This document shows, in pieces, positions 31,313-41,251 of a stretch of DNA of 64,000 nt; position 1 is the first letter of the stretch; every line of letters begins with the position of its first letter. The notes under the pieces were generated by a model that worked only from the letters and a program-made list of their open reading frames with translations, searched no databases and had not been told where the DNA came from. Made by a program: the position numbers and the translations under genes. Source of the DNA: Candidatus Obscuribacteraceae bacterium (GTDB taxonomy: Bacteria; Cyanobacteriota; Vampirovibrionia; Obscuribacterales; Obscuribacteraceae); NCBI GenBank assembly GCA_044226015.1, contig JBGAHS010000008.1, positions 128,001 through 192,000 of the forward strand, in the 5' to 3' direction.

Positions 31313-32038
31313 ATGCTGACCACTGTAATAACGCAATCCAATTACATTCCATGGAAGGGCTACTTCGATCAAATTGCAATGGCTGATGTATTCGTGCTGC
31401 TCGATTCTGTGCAATACACGAGGAGAGACTGGCGCAACCGTAATCTAATCAAGACACCGACAGGACCGCGGTGGTTGAGCGTGCCGCTTGAAACTAAAGG
31501 GCACTATAAATCAGAAATCAATAAAATGCGTGTTTCAGATCCTCACTGGTGGCAGAGTCATCTTTCAACACTGCGCTTTTACTATCGATCGGCACCTTAC
31601 TTCGAGCAATATGAACCGATAATACGCGGGTGGTATGAAGAAGTCGGAGATTTAGAGCTTCTAAGCGATATCAATCGAGTACTTTTGACGCGGATATGTG
31701 AGCATTTGGGAATTAAGACAGAGTTTCGCAGCGACAGCGAATTTGATCTCGTCGAAGGCAAATCAAAACGCCTTATTTCGATTTGCCAACAACTAAAAGC
31801 GACCCACTATTTGGCCGGTCCGCGGTCACAAGGTTACCTTGACGTGAAAGCGTTCGAAGATTGTGGCATTGGAGTTGGCTGGCTCGATTATTCAGATTAT
31901 CCAGCATACGAACAGCTCTTCGCGCCTTTTGAGCACGCGGTCTCCATCATGGATTTACTTTTCAGTGTTGGTCATGAGGCGCCTGGATTGATGAAATTCA
32001 AATCGCCGGGAAAGGCAATGATTAGCGCAGAAGCCTAG
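31313..32038 (+). CDS. wbqC: WbqC-family protein (proposed amino-sugar glycyltransferase)
   Basis: QSNYIPWKGYFDQIAMADVFVLLDSVQYTRRDWRNRNLIKT and SIMDLLF are typical of WbqC. Confidence 0.9.
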   Translation: MLTTVITQSNYIPWKGYFDQIAMADVFVLLDSVQYTRRDWRNRNLIKTPTGPRWLSVPLETKGHYKSEINKMRVSDPHWWQSHLSTLRFYYRSAPYFEQYEPIIRGWYEEVGDLELLSDINRVLLTRICEHLGIKTEFRSDSEFDLVEGKSKRLISICQQLKATHYLAGPRSQGYLDVKAFEDCGIGVGWLDYSDYPAYEQLFAPFEHAVSIMDLLFSVGHEAPGLMKFKSPGKAMISAEA

Positions 32039-32043
32039 AGACG

Positions 32044-32133
32044 AAGCACTGGGAGAAGCCGCACCGGAGCGCCACATTCGATTCAAGCACTGGGAGAAGC
32101 CGCCCGGGAGCGCCACATTCGATTCAAGCACTG
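32044..32133. repeat. 41-bp tandem direct repeat (2 full copies + 8 bp) between convergent genes
   Basis: aagcactgggagaagccgcaccggagcgccacattcgattc / aagcactgggagaagccgcccgggagcgccacattcgattc / aagcactg. Confidence 0.92.
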
Positions 32134-33362
32134 TAACTAGTTGGAGCAGATGTTGTCTTGATCACTTCAAATTTTTTCTTTGCTTGAAGGAAAGGTGTCT
32201 CAAAATATTTGTAGCTCAGACTGGCAACTATTGCGGTCGCCGCAAAAGTCAGTCCGTAAACCAGCAGATTTCCTGCTATTAAATTGGTTTGCGCACTCAG
32301 TGCGATGCCCGCTACAACGAACGGAATTAACAGCGGGTGATACATGTACATTCCATACGAAATCACTCCAAGCCGGTCAACTATGCCATCGAGTTTACCG
32401 AGTTTCACCGGCGTAAAAGTCAAATCGAGAACGAACAGCGCGAATGCAGTTGCGAGAACACGCTCTCTGCCAGGATATTCTACTCCGAAAGATACAGCTA
32501 GAACAGTTGCATAGATTGCCCTGAGCCACGGCGACTTCATAACTTTGCGCACCATATCTGGTGACTTGACTATCAACCAGGCAGCCAAAGCACCAAATGC
32601 GAAACATTCAAAGTCGCTATTGTTCACCATGTTGGAAAGCCCTTCAATCTGATGCTGAATAGCCTTCTGTGCGCCCCATGGAAAATAGAATGCGTAATAG
32701 GAGAGAACTGAATACAACACCGGCTTCACAGCAAACAGGGTGGCAATTGCCACCGGAACGATTCTTCTGCACAAGTAAAGCAAGAAGGGCCAGAAGAGAT
32801 AGAACTGTTCCTCCACGCCTAACGACCAACATTGACCGGCGCCAAGCACGAAGGGAAACTTCGCCAGACAAAGATTCGGAAGAAAGGCTATGTATAGCCC
32901 CAACTTTTCAAAGAAATGATTATGAGTCTGTGCCACGAAGCCAGAATAGGCAGACCAAGAGGTCGGGTGCAGAAGCGCAGGCATCGCAAAAAAGGCTAGT
33001 ACAACAACCAGATAATATAGAGGCCAGATGCGCAACATGCGTCGCGCATAGAATTTTTTGATATCAACCGAGTCGCTCTTCTGAATTTCCTTCAGCAGAA
33101 TAAAGCTGATCAAAAACCCACTCAATACAAAAAAGAGTCGCACACCTTCAATGCCCAAACTCTCGAAGAAAAATGCGTCATGCAAATTCGAGAATCCGCA
33201 ATAGTTTTTTGCACGCTCGATGTGATAGACAATAACTGCGCTAGCCGCAAGCATTCTGACCTGGTTCAAGCCAGGAAAGTACATCCGCTCAGCTGCTTTC
33301 TGCTCAGATTTTGCTGAGGCAGGTATTGTGTCTTGCAGAGTCGCGGAGTTAGCTGAATTCAT
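32124..33362 (-). CDS. Acyltransferase_3 (OafA/YrhL-like) membrane O-acyltransferase
   Basis: GVRLFFVLSGFLI, FYARRMLRIWPLYY, WSLGVEEQFYLFWP, ISYGMYMYH, SYKYFETPF; no SGNH domain. Confidence 0.92.
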   Translation of the reverse strand: MNSANSATLQDTIPASAKSEQKAAERMYFPGLNQVRMLAASAVIVYHIERAKNYCGFSNLHDAFFFESLGIEGVRLFFVLSGFLISFILLKEIQKSDSVDIKKFYARRMLRIWPLYYLVVVLAFFAMPALLHPTSWSAYSGFVAQTHNHFFEKLGLYIAFLPNLCLAKFPFVLGAGQCWSLGVEEQFYLFWPFLLYLCRRIVPVAIATLFAVKPVLYSVLSYYAFYFPWGAQKAIQHQIEGLSNMVNNSDFECFAFGALAAWLIVKSPDMVRKVMKSPWLRAIYATVLAVSFGVEYPGRERVLATAFALFVLDLTFTPVKLGKLDGIVDRLGVISYGMYMYHPLLIPFVVAGIALSAQTNLIAGNLLVYGLTFAATAIVASLSYKYFETPFLQAKKKFEVIKTTSAPTSYSA

Positions 33363-34042
33363 TGCATGGGTGCCGAATTCGCTGAAGAAGATTTTGTCTT
33401 GTTTGCTGGAGCTGGAGCAGTTGTCGTTGCGTTGGACTTTTCTTCATCCTTTAACAACTTAGCACTGACCGAAGTTTCGCCGCTGTGCTGAACGCGCTTC
33501 ATAAACCGCTCGTTGGTTTCCCATGGCTTTGGCGTTGTTCCGGTCAGCTTCAAAATATGATTACGAGCTGGCTTGTGTCTTTCTTCATCTTCGTAGAATT
33601 TTCCACCAACACCTGGCAAAGAAAGACCATGGAAGCTGGTTCCCTTTTCTTCACCATAATCATTTCTCAGTACGCTGAGCCACTCTCTCACAGCTGAGTT
33701 ATAGAGTTCAGCATCAGTTTCGCCGCCCATTTTGTACTTGCGTTCGTAAGCTTCAGCAAGAACCATATGAACTTCAGAGTTGTCCGGATCTAACTCAAGA
33801 GCTCTGTGCGCAAGCCTGATTGCCTGGTCAGGATGATCAGACTTCATCTGCCTGCTGGCTTGAACTGTCAAAGAGAATGCAGATGAGTCTTTGCTCACCA
33901 TCGACATATCACTGCTGACGACACCCTTTGGCAGCTGCGGCGCGCCATCGTTCATCCAATCAGAGCCATCACTTGCAATAGCAGCGCTGATGTTGCTTGC
34001 CAGGGCAAGCACGGTAACGAAACATACTCTCTTTAGCACCAC
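33359..34042 (-). CDS. Exported TPR-containing hypothetical protein
   Basis: Signal peptide (...NISAAIA|SD); QAIRLAHRALELDPDNSEVHMVLAEAYER is TPR-like; ATGA overlap with the acyltransferase. Confidence 0.7.
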   Translation of the reverse strand: MVLKRVCFVTVLALASNISAAIASDGSDWMNDGAPQLPKGVVSSDMSMVSKDSSAFSLTVQASRQMKSDHPDQAIRLAHRALELDPDNSEVHMVLAEAYERKYKMGGETDAELYNSAVREWLSVLRNDYGEEKGTSFHGLSLPGVGGKFYEDEERHKPARNHILKLTGTTPKPWETNERFMKRVQHSGETSVSAKLLKDEEKSNATTTAPAPANKTKSSSANSAPMQ

Positions 34043-34165
34043 TAACTCCTTGCGACGCGCGGATCTCGTTCAAGCATAATGCCAAGTGTAAGCCAAAACA
34101 TTAGTCTTCACTAAGAGGCTCCATTTGAGGCGCCTCTGGCTCATGAAAACCTTCTCATCGCTCAA

Positions 34166-34909
34166 TCAGGCTTTCCAGCAGGCGATTTCAACGCCATACT
34201 TTTCCTGCAATTGTTTATTTGGTTCTTCAAAATAACGATTCAAGAACGTAATAACATCAGAAGGAACTTTGTCTTCAGAATAGCCCGCGCTGTTTATTTT
34301 CTCTTCCAAACAAGCAGGAACAAACGAAGTATCCACGCCCAACCATTTGTACAAATCTTGAACTGCGTTGATTTTGCCCACCAGCTGATCTTGCACAACA
34401 AGCTTGATTTGCTCTTGCGGAAACACCTCAGCATAGTTATCGATGTACTCGATGTAGCAACCGCGGCGCAAATAGTCGAAAGGAGTGACAGAGAGATTTT
34501 TTTTGTAGGGTCGCTTTTGCGCTGATTCATCTACCAGCACAGATATGGATTGATCTTCAATTCCATTTGCAGTACTGAACCAGTAATTCGAAATTGCCCT
34601 GTGAACAGGATTTCGCAAATTGATGATTATCAAAGCATCGGGAAAGGCTCGTTTGATTCTTTCTGCTGCCTGCTTAGACTCTATGTAAGATGTCGATTTT
34701 TCGCCATAAATTAGAGGGGCATCCTTTCGCCCAAAATACTTAGCGAGATATTCGTCAACGCGATGCTCTGAGCCTTCTTCAAGGAAAAACTTGGGCTCTG
34801 GCTTGGGTGGAAACGCCATCTCTATCTGCGGATGCGCATCTAGAATATTTGAAAGATAGGTCGTCGCAGATCGCTGTGCACCAACAATGAAGAAGTGCTT
34901 ACGAGTCAT
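34166..34909 (-). CDS. PAPS-dependent sulfotransferase
   Basis: 5'-PSB-like GAQRSATTYL, EPKFF, GEKSTSY, 3'-PB-like LRNPVHRAISNY, YLRRGCY. Confidence 0.9.
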   Translation of the reverse strand: MTRKHFFIVGAQRSATTYLSNILDAHPQIEMAFPPKPEPKFFLEEGSEHRVDEYLAKYFGRKDAPLIYGEKSTSYIESKQAAERIKRAFPDALIIINLRNPVHRAISNYWFSTANGIEDQSISVLVDESAQKRPYKKNLSVTPFDYLRRGCYIEYIDNYAEVFPQEQIKLVVQDQLVGKINAVQDLYKWLGVDTSFVPACLEEKINSAGYSEDKVPSDVITFLNRYFEEPNKQLQEKYGVEIACWKA

Positions 34910-35903
34910 AATTCATTGTCTCTCGAACGTGATAACTACTTTCGTTAGAGGTGGTGTTGATAATGCGAATCAAGTATTCACCAACCATCGCGAACATCAT
35001 GGCAAATAGCCCGTTATAAAAGGACATCAAAACCATCAGTGAAGTCCAGCCAGGGACATGGGTGTTGCCCAGCATGGCTCTGAAAATAAGAAATATTCCA
35101 AACCAAAAACTCACTGTCGAAACAATAAAGCCTACGGTGCAGACGAATTTGAGGGGAAACGAGGAGTAGTTGAAGAGAATGGTCAATACAAGCTTGATTA
35201 TGCGGGTCAAGCTATAATTTGACTTGCCTTCTTTGCGTTCATGGTGCTCAACATCAACGTTTGCCATGCGACTTGCATTGTTCACGGCAATTCCATTGAT
35301 GTAAGGAAACGCCGTTTTGTACTGGCAAATTCTTTGGGTCAAGCGCCTATCCATCAGTCGGAAATTTGTTAGCGCGAAATCTTTTGGCTTGGCAAAAACA
35401 CGCTCATTGAGCAGCTGGATTATGCGGCTGCCCAGCTGACGGTAGACCGCATGTTTCTTATTCAAATAGCGACCGCAAACGAAATCATGATTGCCACCAA
35501 CAGCCTTGCTAATAAGCTGCATTATCAGCTCTGGTGGATTTTGCAAATCATCATCAATGGTAATAGTGTAGTCAGCATCACTGTGACGCAATCCACAAAG
35601 CAACGCTGCATGTTGACCGTAATTATGACCCAGGTCGATTGCAATTATGTTTTTGTCTTCTTCAGCTGCATTGCGAATCACCTGCCAGCTGCGATCTGAA
35701 CTTCCATCATTCACTGCAACTATGGTGTAGTTCAGATTGTTGTTTCTGCAAACAGCTTGTGTGCGCTTCAGCGTCTCGCCAATAATTTTCTCGCTGTTAA
35801 ATACCGGAATGACAATACAATACGAGTGCCGACTGATAAGTTCGTTCGACACGACTGCATTTGAACTGCTACACAATATTTCTGGCATAAAGACCCGAAA
35901 CAA
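34899..35903 (-). CDS. GT2 polyprenol-phosphate glycosyltransferase (ArnC/GtrB-like)
   Basis: IVIPVFNSE, VNDGSSDRSW, NYGQHAALLCGL, TIDDDLQNPPE, HHERKEGKSNY, two TMs with PGWTSL...GEY; overlaps the sulfotransferase start. Confidence 0.9.
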   Translation of the reverse strand: MFRVFMPEILCSSSNAVVSNELISRHSYCIVIPVFNSEKIIGETLKRTQAVCRNNNLNYTIVAVNDGSSDRSWQVIRNAAEEDKNIIAIDLGHNYGQHAALLCGLRHSDADYTITIDDDLQNPPELIMQLISKAVGGNHDFVCGRYLNKKHAVYRQLGSRIIQLLNERVFAKPKDFALTNFRLMDRRLTQRICQYKTAFPYINGIAVNNASRMANVDVEHHERKEGKSNYSLTRIIKLVLTILFNYSSFPLKFVCTVGFIVSTVSFWFGIFLIFRAMLGNTHVPGWTSLMVLMSFYNGLFAMMFAMVGEYLIRIINTTSNESSYHVRETMNYDS

Positions 35904-35987
35904 AAACAGACTTAATCATCTGCGCAAGCCTCTTGATTTTCAAGATAAGCGCTTTAATATTTCAAGCCTAGTTATATTTTTGCTAAT

Positions 35988-37826
35988 CTAAATGATGCCT
36001 TTGTCTTTTAGCATGTTCATCACCAATGCGACTTCATCATCAAGCGACATGCTGCTTGAATCTACCCGCAATTGAGGATGTTTCGGAATCTGATAGGGCT
36101 GGTCAAAACCGGTAAAGGACTGAACTTGACCCTTAGCGAAGCGTTCATACAAACCCTTCGGGTCACGTTTCTGGCAAGTTTCTAATGGACAGAATACGAA
36201 GACCTCTAAGAAGTCATCTTGCCCAATAATTTGAGCTGCCATTTGACGGTCACGTTCATAAGGAGAAATGACGGCGACTATACAGATTGAACCTGCATTA
36301 ATAAGGAACTTGGAGAGATGCGCAAGTCGGCGGACATTTTCCGAACGATCTTCCGGGGTAAATCCGAGGTCTGCGCAAAGCCCAAGGCGCATGTTGTCTG
36401 CATCGATGACCGAAACATTCTTTCCTTGATTGAAGAGGTCACGTTCAATTGCTTTTGCCAGACTGCTCTTACCTGCGCCAGAAAGACCAGTGAGCCAGAT
36501 GACTGCAGCCTTATGCTGCTGCCGCTTCTCTCGCTGCTCGCGCTCGATAAATCCGCGCTCTTGATGCACGTTCGGGTTCACAGTAATGGTGCGAATCAGA
36601 TGCGTGTCACGAGTGTCAATTAAGCCTGCAGCGACTGTTTCGTGTTCAGTACAGATAACCAATTTATTGAGAGCATCGGAGGCGGAACTCAAGTCAAAAG
36701 CGACAGGAGAACTTGCTTTCAACAAGACATCGGCGAAGTCACCCTTCTCCAATTTGTTGTTAGCAGTTTGCGCGGTGCCTTCATCGTCAACGACGGATTT
36801 TTTGATTTCGATGGAACAGTTAACTTGCTTGGTACCGAGCTTGAGAATGTAGCTCTGAGCTGGGTTGAACGGCACCGCACCAATCCAGACTAATCGCGCC
36901 ATAACTTGCGTATCCACATGTGGTTGCTGATCTGCGAGACTCACAACCTCGCCTCTTTCGACAAACAACTGATCAGCAAGACGCAACCCGACAGAACGAC
37001 CACGCTCTGCAGACTTGAGCCCTTCATTTGGCCAATCATCTATAGATTCTAATTTCGCAAGTTTTCCAGATGGAGAGAAACAAATATCAGAACCAGCAGG
37101 AAGCATTCCCGACACTACACGACCAGCGAAATAGCGATGGTCACCAAATTTGTAGATGTCCTGCAAAACCATTCTGAAAGGAGAACTAGAAGGTTCTGGC
37201 TTCTCCGTGCAAAGCTTGAACAGTACATCGAGCAGCACCTGCCCTTCGTACCATGGCATATTCTTCGAGCGATCCAAAATGTTCTCACCATGCAATGCCA
37301 CCATAGGTATCGAAGCAATGCACTCAATTCCTTCGTCAGAAATCGTTTTCTGCACGGCAGTTGCGGTGGTATCAAAAACGTCCTTGTCGTAGCCGACTTT
37401 GTCCATTTTGTTTATGGCAATAATGACTTTGCTAACGCCAAGAATTCCAAGAATACGAAGATGACGTGTTGTTTGCGCTCGAATACCTTCCTTAGCGTCA
37501 ACGACGATTACGCCACAATCAGCAAGAGACGCACCAGATGCCATGTTTTTCAAGAAATCGATGTGTCCAGGTGCATCAATAAGAAAGAAGCGCTCACCTT
37601 TATGTTCAAACTTGATTGAAGTGGTATCAATACTGATGCCTTGAGCTTGTTCTTCTTCAAGCGCATCCAGGAAGAATGCGGGCTCAAGCGCTATTCCTTT
37701 GGACGCACAAATGCTCTTTACGCGTTCTATTTTGTCTTGCTTAAGTTGCCCTGTCTCCGAAAGCAAGCGACCAAGCAGTGTGGATTTACCATGGTCAACG
37801 TGACCAACAACTACGACATTATGCAT
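35988..37826 (-). CDS. cysNC: Bifunctional sulfate adenylyltransferase subunit 1 / APS kinase (CysNC, NodQ-like)
   Basis: GTPase motifs [19 protein letters not shown]-terminal APS kinase motifs [27 protein letters not shown]. Confidence 0.95.
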   Translation of the reverse strand: MHNVVVVGHVDHGKSTLLGRLLSETGQLKQDKIERVKSICASKGIALEPAFFLDALEEEQAQGISIDTTSIKFEHKGERFFLIDAPGHIDFLKNMASGASLADCGVIVVDAKEGIRAQTTRHLRILGILGVSKVIIAINKMDKVGYDKDVFDTTATAVQKTISDEGIECIASIPMVALHGENILDRSKNMPWYEGQVLLDVLFKLCTEKPEPSSSPFRMVLQDIYKFGDHRYFAGRVVSGMLPAGSDICFSPSGKLAKLESIDDWPNEGLKSAERGRSVGLRLADQLFVERGEVVSLADQQPHVDTQVMARLVWIGAVPFNPAQSYILKLGTKQVNCSIEIKKSVVDDEGTAQTANNKLEKGDFADVLLKASSPVAFDLSSASDALNKLVICTEHETVAAGLIDTRDTHLIRTITVNPNVHQERGFIEREQREKRQQHKAAVIWLTGLSGAGKSSLAKAIERDLFNQGKNVSVIDADNMRLGLCADLGFTPEDRSENVRRLAHLSKFLINAGSICIVAVISPYERDRQMAAQIIGQDDFLEVFVFCPLETCQKRDPKGLYERFAKGQVQSFTGFDQPYQIPKHPQLRVDSSSMSLDDEVALVMNMLKDKGII

Positions 37827-37835
37827 TTTCTACCA

Positions 37836-38636
37836 TCACATGTAACCGCTGGAACGAAGTTTTTGCATGGCGTAAGCATGCTCTAAATCTTGCGCTCTGC
37901 CAGCTCTTTCGCTGCTGGGAACGCTGCGCAATTCTTCAATTATCTCGTCAATATTTTTTGCTGTAGATTCAATTGTTCCTGTGCAAGGAGCGCAGCCAAG
38001 ACTTCTGTAGCGCTTGCCATTGTTTGTGAAATACAGTGGCATTACATCGAGATTCTCTTGCCTGATGTACTCCCAAACATCGAGTTCTGTCCACTGCAAA
38101 ATTGGATGAACTCTCAGATGGATATTTTCTGGAACATGCAAATTGTAGAAGTTCCACATCTCGGCTGGCTGATCTTTGTATGTCCAGGAGGCGTCAGTGC
38201 TGCGTGGTGAAACCACTCGCTCTTTGGCTCTTGAGCCTTCTTCATCACGGCGAATTCCCAGCAAAAGCCCTTGAATTTTATGCTCTTCAACTGTGTCTTG
38301 AAGTGCTTTAGTCTTCAGCGCACCACAACAAACCAGGCGTCCCTTTTCGTGGTTCATTCCTTCAGCGAGTGCTTGTTTGTTTTGCCCGATGATCAAACGC
38401 AAATTGTTGTTGCGCACGAAATCGTCGCGCCACGTGATCATTTCAGGAATTTTGTAACTGGTGTCTATATGCAAAAGGGGTATTGGAAAATGTCCAAAGA
38501 ACGCCTTGCGAACTAGATGCAGCAGAACGGTAGAATCTTTTCCCATCGACCAGAGAAGCGCGAGATTGCCTACATGCCGGTAAGCTTCGCGAATGATGTA
38601 AACACTTTCGTTCTCTAGATCTTTTAGATGACTCAT
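37836..38636 (-). CDS. cysD: Sulfate adenylyltransferase subunit 2 (CysD, NodP-like)
   Basis: LENESVYIIREA, WSMGKDSTV, LHIDT, GIRRDEEGSRAKERVVSPR, RVHPILQWTELDVW, RYRSLGC, ERAGR, GYM end. Confidence 0.96.
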   Translation of the reverse strand: MSHLKDLENESVYIIREAYRHVGNLALLWSMGKDSTVLLHLVRKAFFGHFPIPLLHIDTSYKIPEMITWRDDFVRNNNLRLIIGQNKQALAEGMNHEKGRLVCCGALKTKALQDTVEEHKIQGLLLGIRRDEEGSRAKERVVSPRSTDASWTYKDQPAEMWNFYNLHVPENIHLRVHPILQWTELDVWEYIRQENLDVMPLYFTNNGKRYRSLGCAPCTGTIESTAKNIDEIIEELRSVPSSERAGRAQDLEHAYAMQKLRSSGYM

Positions 38637-38855
38637 TTGAATTCCCTGAACTGCCGCTTATTTAGCCTGTCTCGCGGAACAATTCCTTCTTTAAGCGAAT
38701 GTCTTCAGTGCGTGTAATCAGCTTGGAGTCTGCCTGCGCGAATTGCATCGTAGCAGAGGGGCAAGATTCAATCATTAGTTTTTTTTCTGCGAATTCCAGT
38801 TTCCTCAGTTCAGCATTAGCAAAATGGACTTTTCTCATGCTGAATCTCCCCTATA

Positions 38856-39698
38856 ATGTCAACAGTAGGCAATGAGGCTACAGTGGACTTTCACGGACAA
38901 GAGTTCTCTCTATACCTTCTCACTGGGCTGGTCGCGCAGCTCATCGGCTCTCTCTTGGGCATGGGAAACGGGACAATATCCAGCGCAGTGCTGTTGATGA
39001 TGGGGTTACCACCAGCAGTGGCAAGCGCCAGCTCTAACACCGCCTCATTTGTCACCACGAGCTTGTCAAGCTGGTTTCACCATAAAGCTGGAAACATTGA
39101 CAAAACGCTGTTTCTCAACCTTGTGTTCACTGGAATTCTGGGGTCTCTGATTGGTTCAGCACTGCTAATTCACGTAAAGACTGAAATCGTGAAGCCTTTA
39201 TTCGGCACGTATCTGTTTGTGCTTTCATTAATGATTGCCTGGAAAACGTTTGCAAAACGTAAAGAAAACGGCTCAGGAAGTGAACGAAAAATTTCGGACA
39301 CGCGAGTACGCATCTTAGGACTGATTGGCGGATTGTTGGGCGCGCTCGGTGGCGGTGGCTGGGGTCCCTTCGTAAACGGCCAGCTCGTGGCTGACGGTGA
39401 GTCACCACGATTTTCAGTTGCATCGTCGAACGCTGCAAAATCAATTTCGACATTAGTGACTGCACTGACACTGGTGATTTTTGCGAAATCAGCAAACTGG
39501 ACTGCGATTGCGGGGCTGATTCTAGGTGGTGTCATAGCAGCACCAATCGGAGCGCCGGCTATCAAAAGAATGCCACCATTGATCTTGAAGGGCTGCATGG
39601 CTGCACTATTGCTCTTGTTAGCAGTGAAGATTATTCAGGATGACTTTCAAGCTCTTTCAGCCGCAGTAATTGCACAGGTTCAGGGAACCATTCTCTAG
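38856..39698 (+). CDS. TauE/SafE (TSUP) family sulfur-compound transporter
   Basis: AQLIGSLLGMGNG, GLPPAVASAS, HHKAGNID, GGGGWGP, GGVIAAPIGA; divergent from cysD. Confidence 0.88.
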   Translation: MSTVGNEATVDFHGQEFSLYLLTGLVAQLIGSLLGMGNGTISSAVLLMMGLPPAVASASSNTASFVTTSLSSWFHHKAGNIDKTLFLNLVFTGILGSLIGSALLIHVKTEIVKPLFGTYLFVLSLMIAWKTFAKRKENGSGSERKISDTRVRILGLIGGLLGALGGGGWGPFVNGQLVADGESPRFSVASSNAAKSISTLVTALTLVIFAKSANWTAIAGLILGGVIAAPIGAPAIKRMPPLILKGCMAALLLLLAVKIIQDDFQALSAAVIAQVQGTIL

Positions 39699-39731
39699 TA
39701 TTTGGATGTTCGAATCGAAAGATGGTAAGCA

Positions 39732-39860
39732 ATGACCAGGAAATTGCTAATAGCAGGCACGTTTTTTTTGGTCTTATTTTGCGCCGTATTCGACGATAAT
39801 TCGTTTGATATTCAAATGAAAAATGACAAAGTCGTTGGCTACAAGGTCTTCCAAAGATAG
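39732..39860 (+). CDS. Putative small single-TM protein, 42 aa (below the ORF-track cutoff)
   Basis: Own translation MTRKLLIAGTFFLVLFCAVFDDNSFDIQMKNDKVVGYKVFQR*; basic-then-hydrophobic N-terminus; 33 bp after the TauE stop; weak RBS. Confidence 0.4.
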   Translation: MTRKLLIAGTFFLVLFCAVFDDNSFDIQMKNDKVVGYKVFQR

Positions 39861-39979
39861 AAAGTGATTAGTCCATTAGCGGCCCGAGCCTGTCTTGCGA
39901 GCTTCAAAAGGAACTGAGAAAGAACCTCTCTGACGCTGGTTAGATTTAGCGTTCAGCAAAGAGAGAACAACGACGCTCT

Positions 39980-41251
39980 TTATTTGACGTACTTCACGCG
40001 CATATCTAGGAATGGTTTTTCGATTGTTGAATAAGTCAACCATGAGACCAAACATGTGACTGGCACCACCGCTAATGCAGTAAATCCGCAGGCAAGCCAG
40101 AACTGAGTGCCACCAGATGCAAGCGCTGGATGAAAATACTTTTCAATGTAAGGTTGGAACCAATAAATCATTGTTCGCGCAAAGAAATAGTGGGTCACAT
40201 AAACTGAGAAACTGAGGGTTCCAAGAAAGGCAAAGAAGCGCGAAATCGTCGGATTCATCTTGATGGAACAAGCACAATACGAGACGATAACGAAGCCCCA
40301 GAGAGAAGCTTCAATTGGCGAGAACACGATCCACAATGGGCTGCGTGAGGTGTATTCCCAACCGCCGAATTTGTGGAAAGTCAGCAAGCCAGCCAACAAA
40401 GTGGTTAATGATGTGAACAAGAAAATTGGATGTTTGACTGCCCGTGAAATACTATCAAACGAGAGCCCCAGCATCATTCCGATAAGGAACTGATCGATGC
40501 GTCCAAAGATAGTTCGATAGGCAAAATCATTGACGGTGCCAGCAGTGAAATAGACCAGGGCGCGAATCACCACTGCCAATGCAATAAACTTCCACAAGGC
40601 AATATTGCCACGCTCTCTCTGAAACTTCAGGAAGAATGGAAACAAAAGATAGAACTGGAATTCTACTGCAATGGTCCAGAGCTGAGATGTAATGGTTCGG
40701 TGATCAACACCACTCACGTTCTGAAGGCAGAGGACAGAAGAGAGAACCTTGAGCAAATCACGACAATCAGGGCTGACGTAAACTGCTAAGAGAATCGCAG
40801 ACATGAACAACGGATAAATGCGAAGGATGCGATTGAGCAAGAAGCCTTTGTACTCTATTTGCTTGGACTTACAAATTCTGGCGAACAAAAAACCACTCAG
40901 CGTCATGAAAAGGGCGACAGCGGTATGCCCTTCAAATGTCAGAGTTTGAGCCAAATAAGTGAGCCCACTGCAATTCCCCATAATCTGGTAGCAGGCCATC
41001 CAAGTGTTATCAACATTGTGCAGAACACAGAGAAAAGGACAGACAGCATGATGGAAAACAATGAGCAAAGCCGCGAAGAATCGCAAGTGATCGATTCTCT
41101 CGTTATACGCTGAGTTAAGGGAGTACCCACTTACTAATGCTCTTTCGAGCATCGTATGTGGTGCCTCAACTTTTTCCACTATGTTTTGTGTGGATACGTC
41201 CTGCATTTCTGCCTGCAAAAACCTGATTCGGCCTGACTTAGAAGGTAACAC
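39980..41251 (-). CDS. Acyltransferase_3 (OafA-like) membrane O-acyltransferase, second copy
   Basis: IDHLRFFAALLIVFHH, AVALFMTLSGFL, RILRIYPLF, WTIAVEFQFYLLFP, LSFSVYVTH, IEKPF; start may be ATG 41206. Confidence 0.9.
   Translation of the reverse strand: MLPSKSGRIRFLQAEMQDVSTQNIVEKVEAPHTMLERALVSGYSLNSAYNERIDHLRFFAALLIVFHHAVCPFLCVLHNVDNTWMACYQIMGNCSGLTYLAQTLTFEGHTAVALFMTLSGFLFARICKSKQIEYKGFLLNRILRIYPLFMSAILLAVYVSPDCRDLLKVLSSVLCLQNVSGVDHRTITSQLWTIAVEFQFYLLFPFFLKFQRERGNIALWKFIALAVVIRALVYFTAGTVNDFAYRTIFGRIDQFLIGMMLGLSFDSISRAVKHPIFLFTSLTTLLAGLLTFHKFGGWEYTSRSPLWIVFSPIEASLWGFVIVSYCACSIKMNPTISRFFAFLGTLSFSVYVTHYFFARTMIYWFQPYIEKYFHPALASGGTQFWLACGFTALAVVPVTCLVSWLTYSTIEKPFLDMRVKYVK

Noticed and set aside
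32044..32133. Possible mini CRISPR array
   Set aside because: The repeats are directly adjacent, with no unique spacers and no cas genes
34116..34138. Hairpin agaggc...gcctct after the sulfotransferase
   Set aside because: Short imperfect stem without a U-tract; not enough to call a terminator
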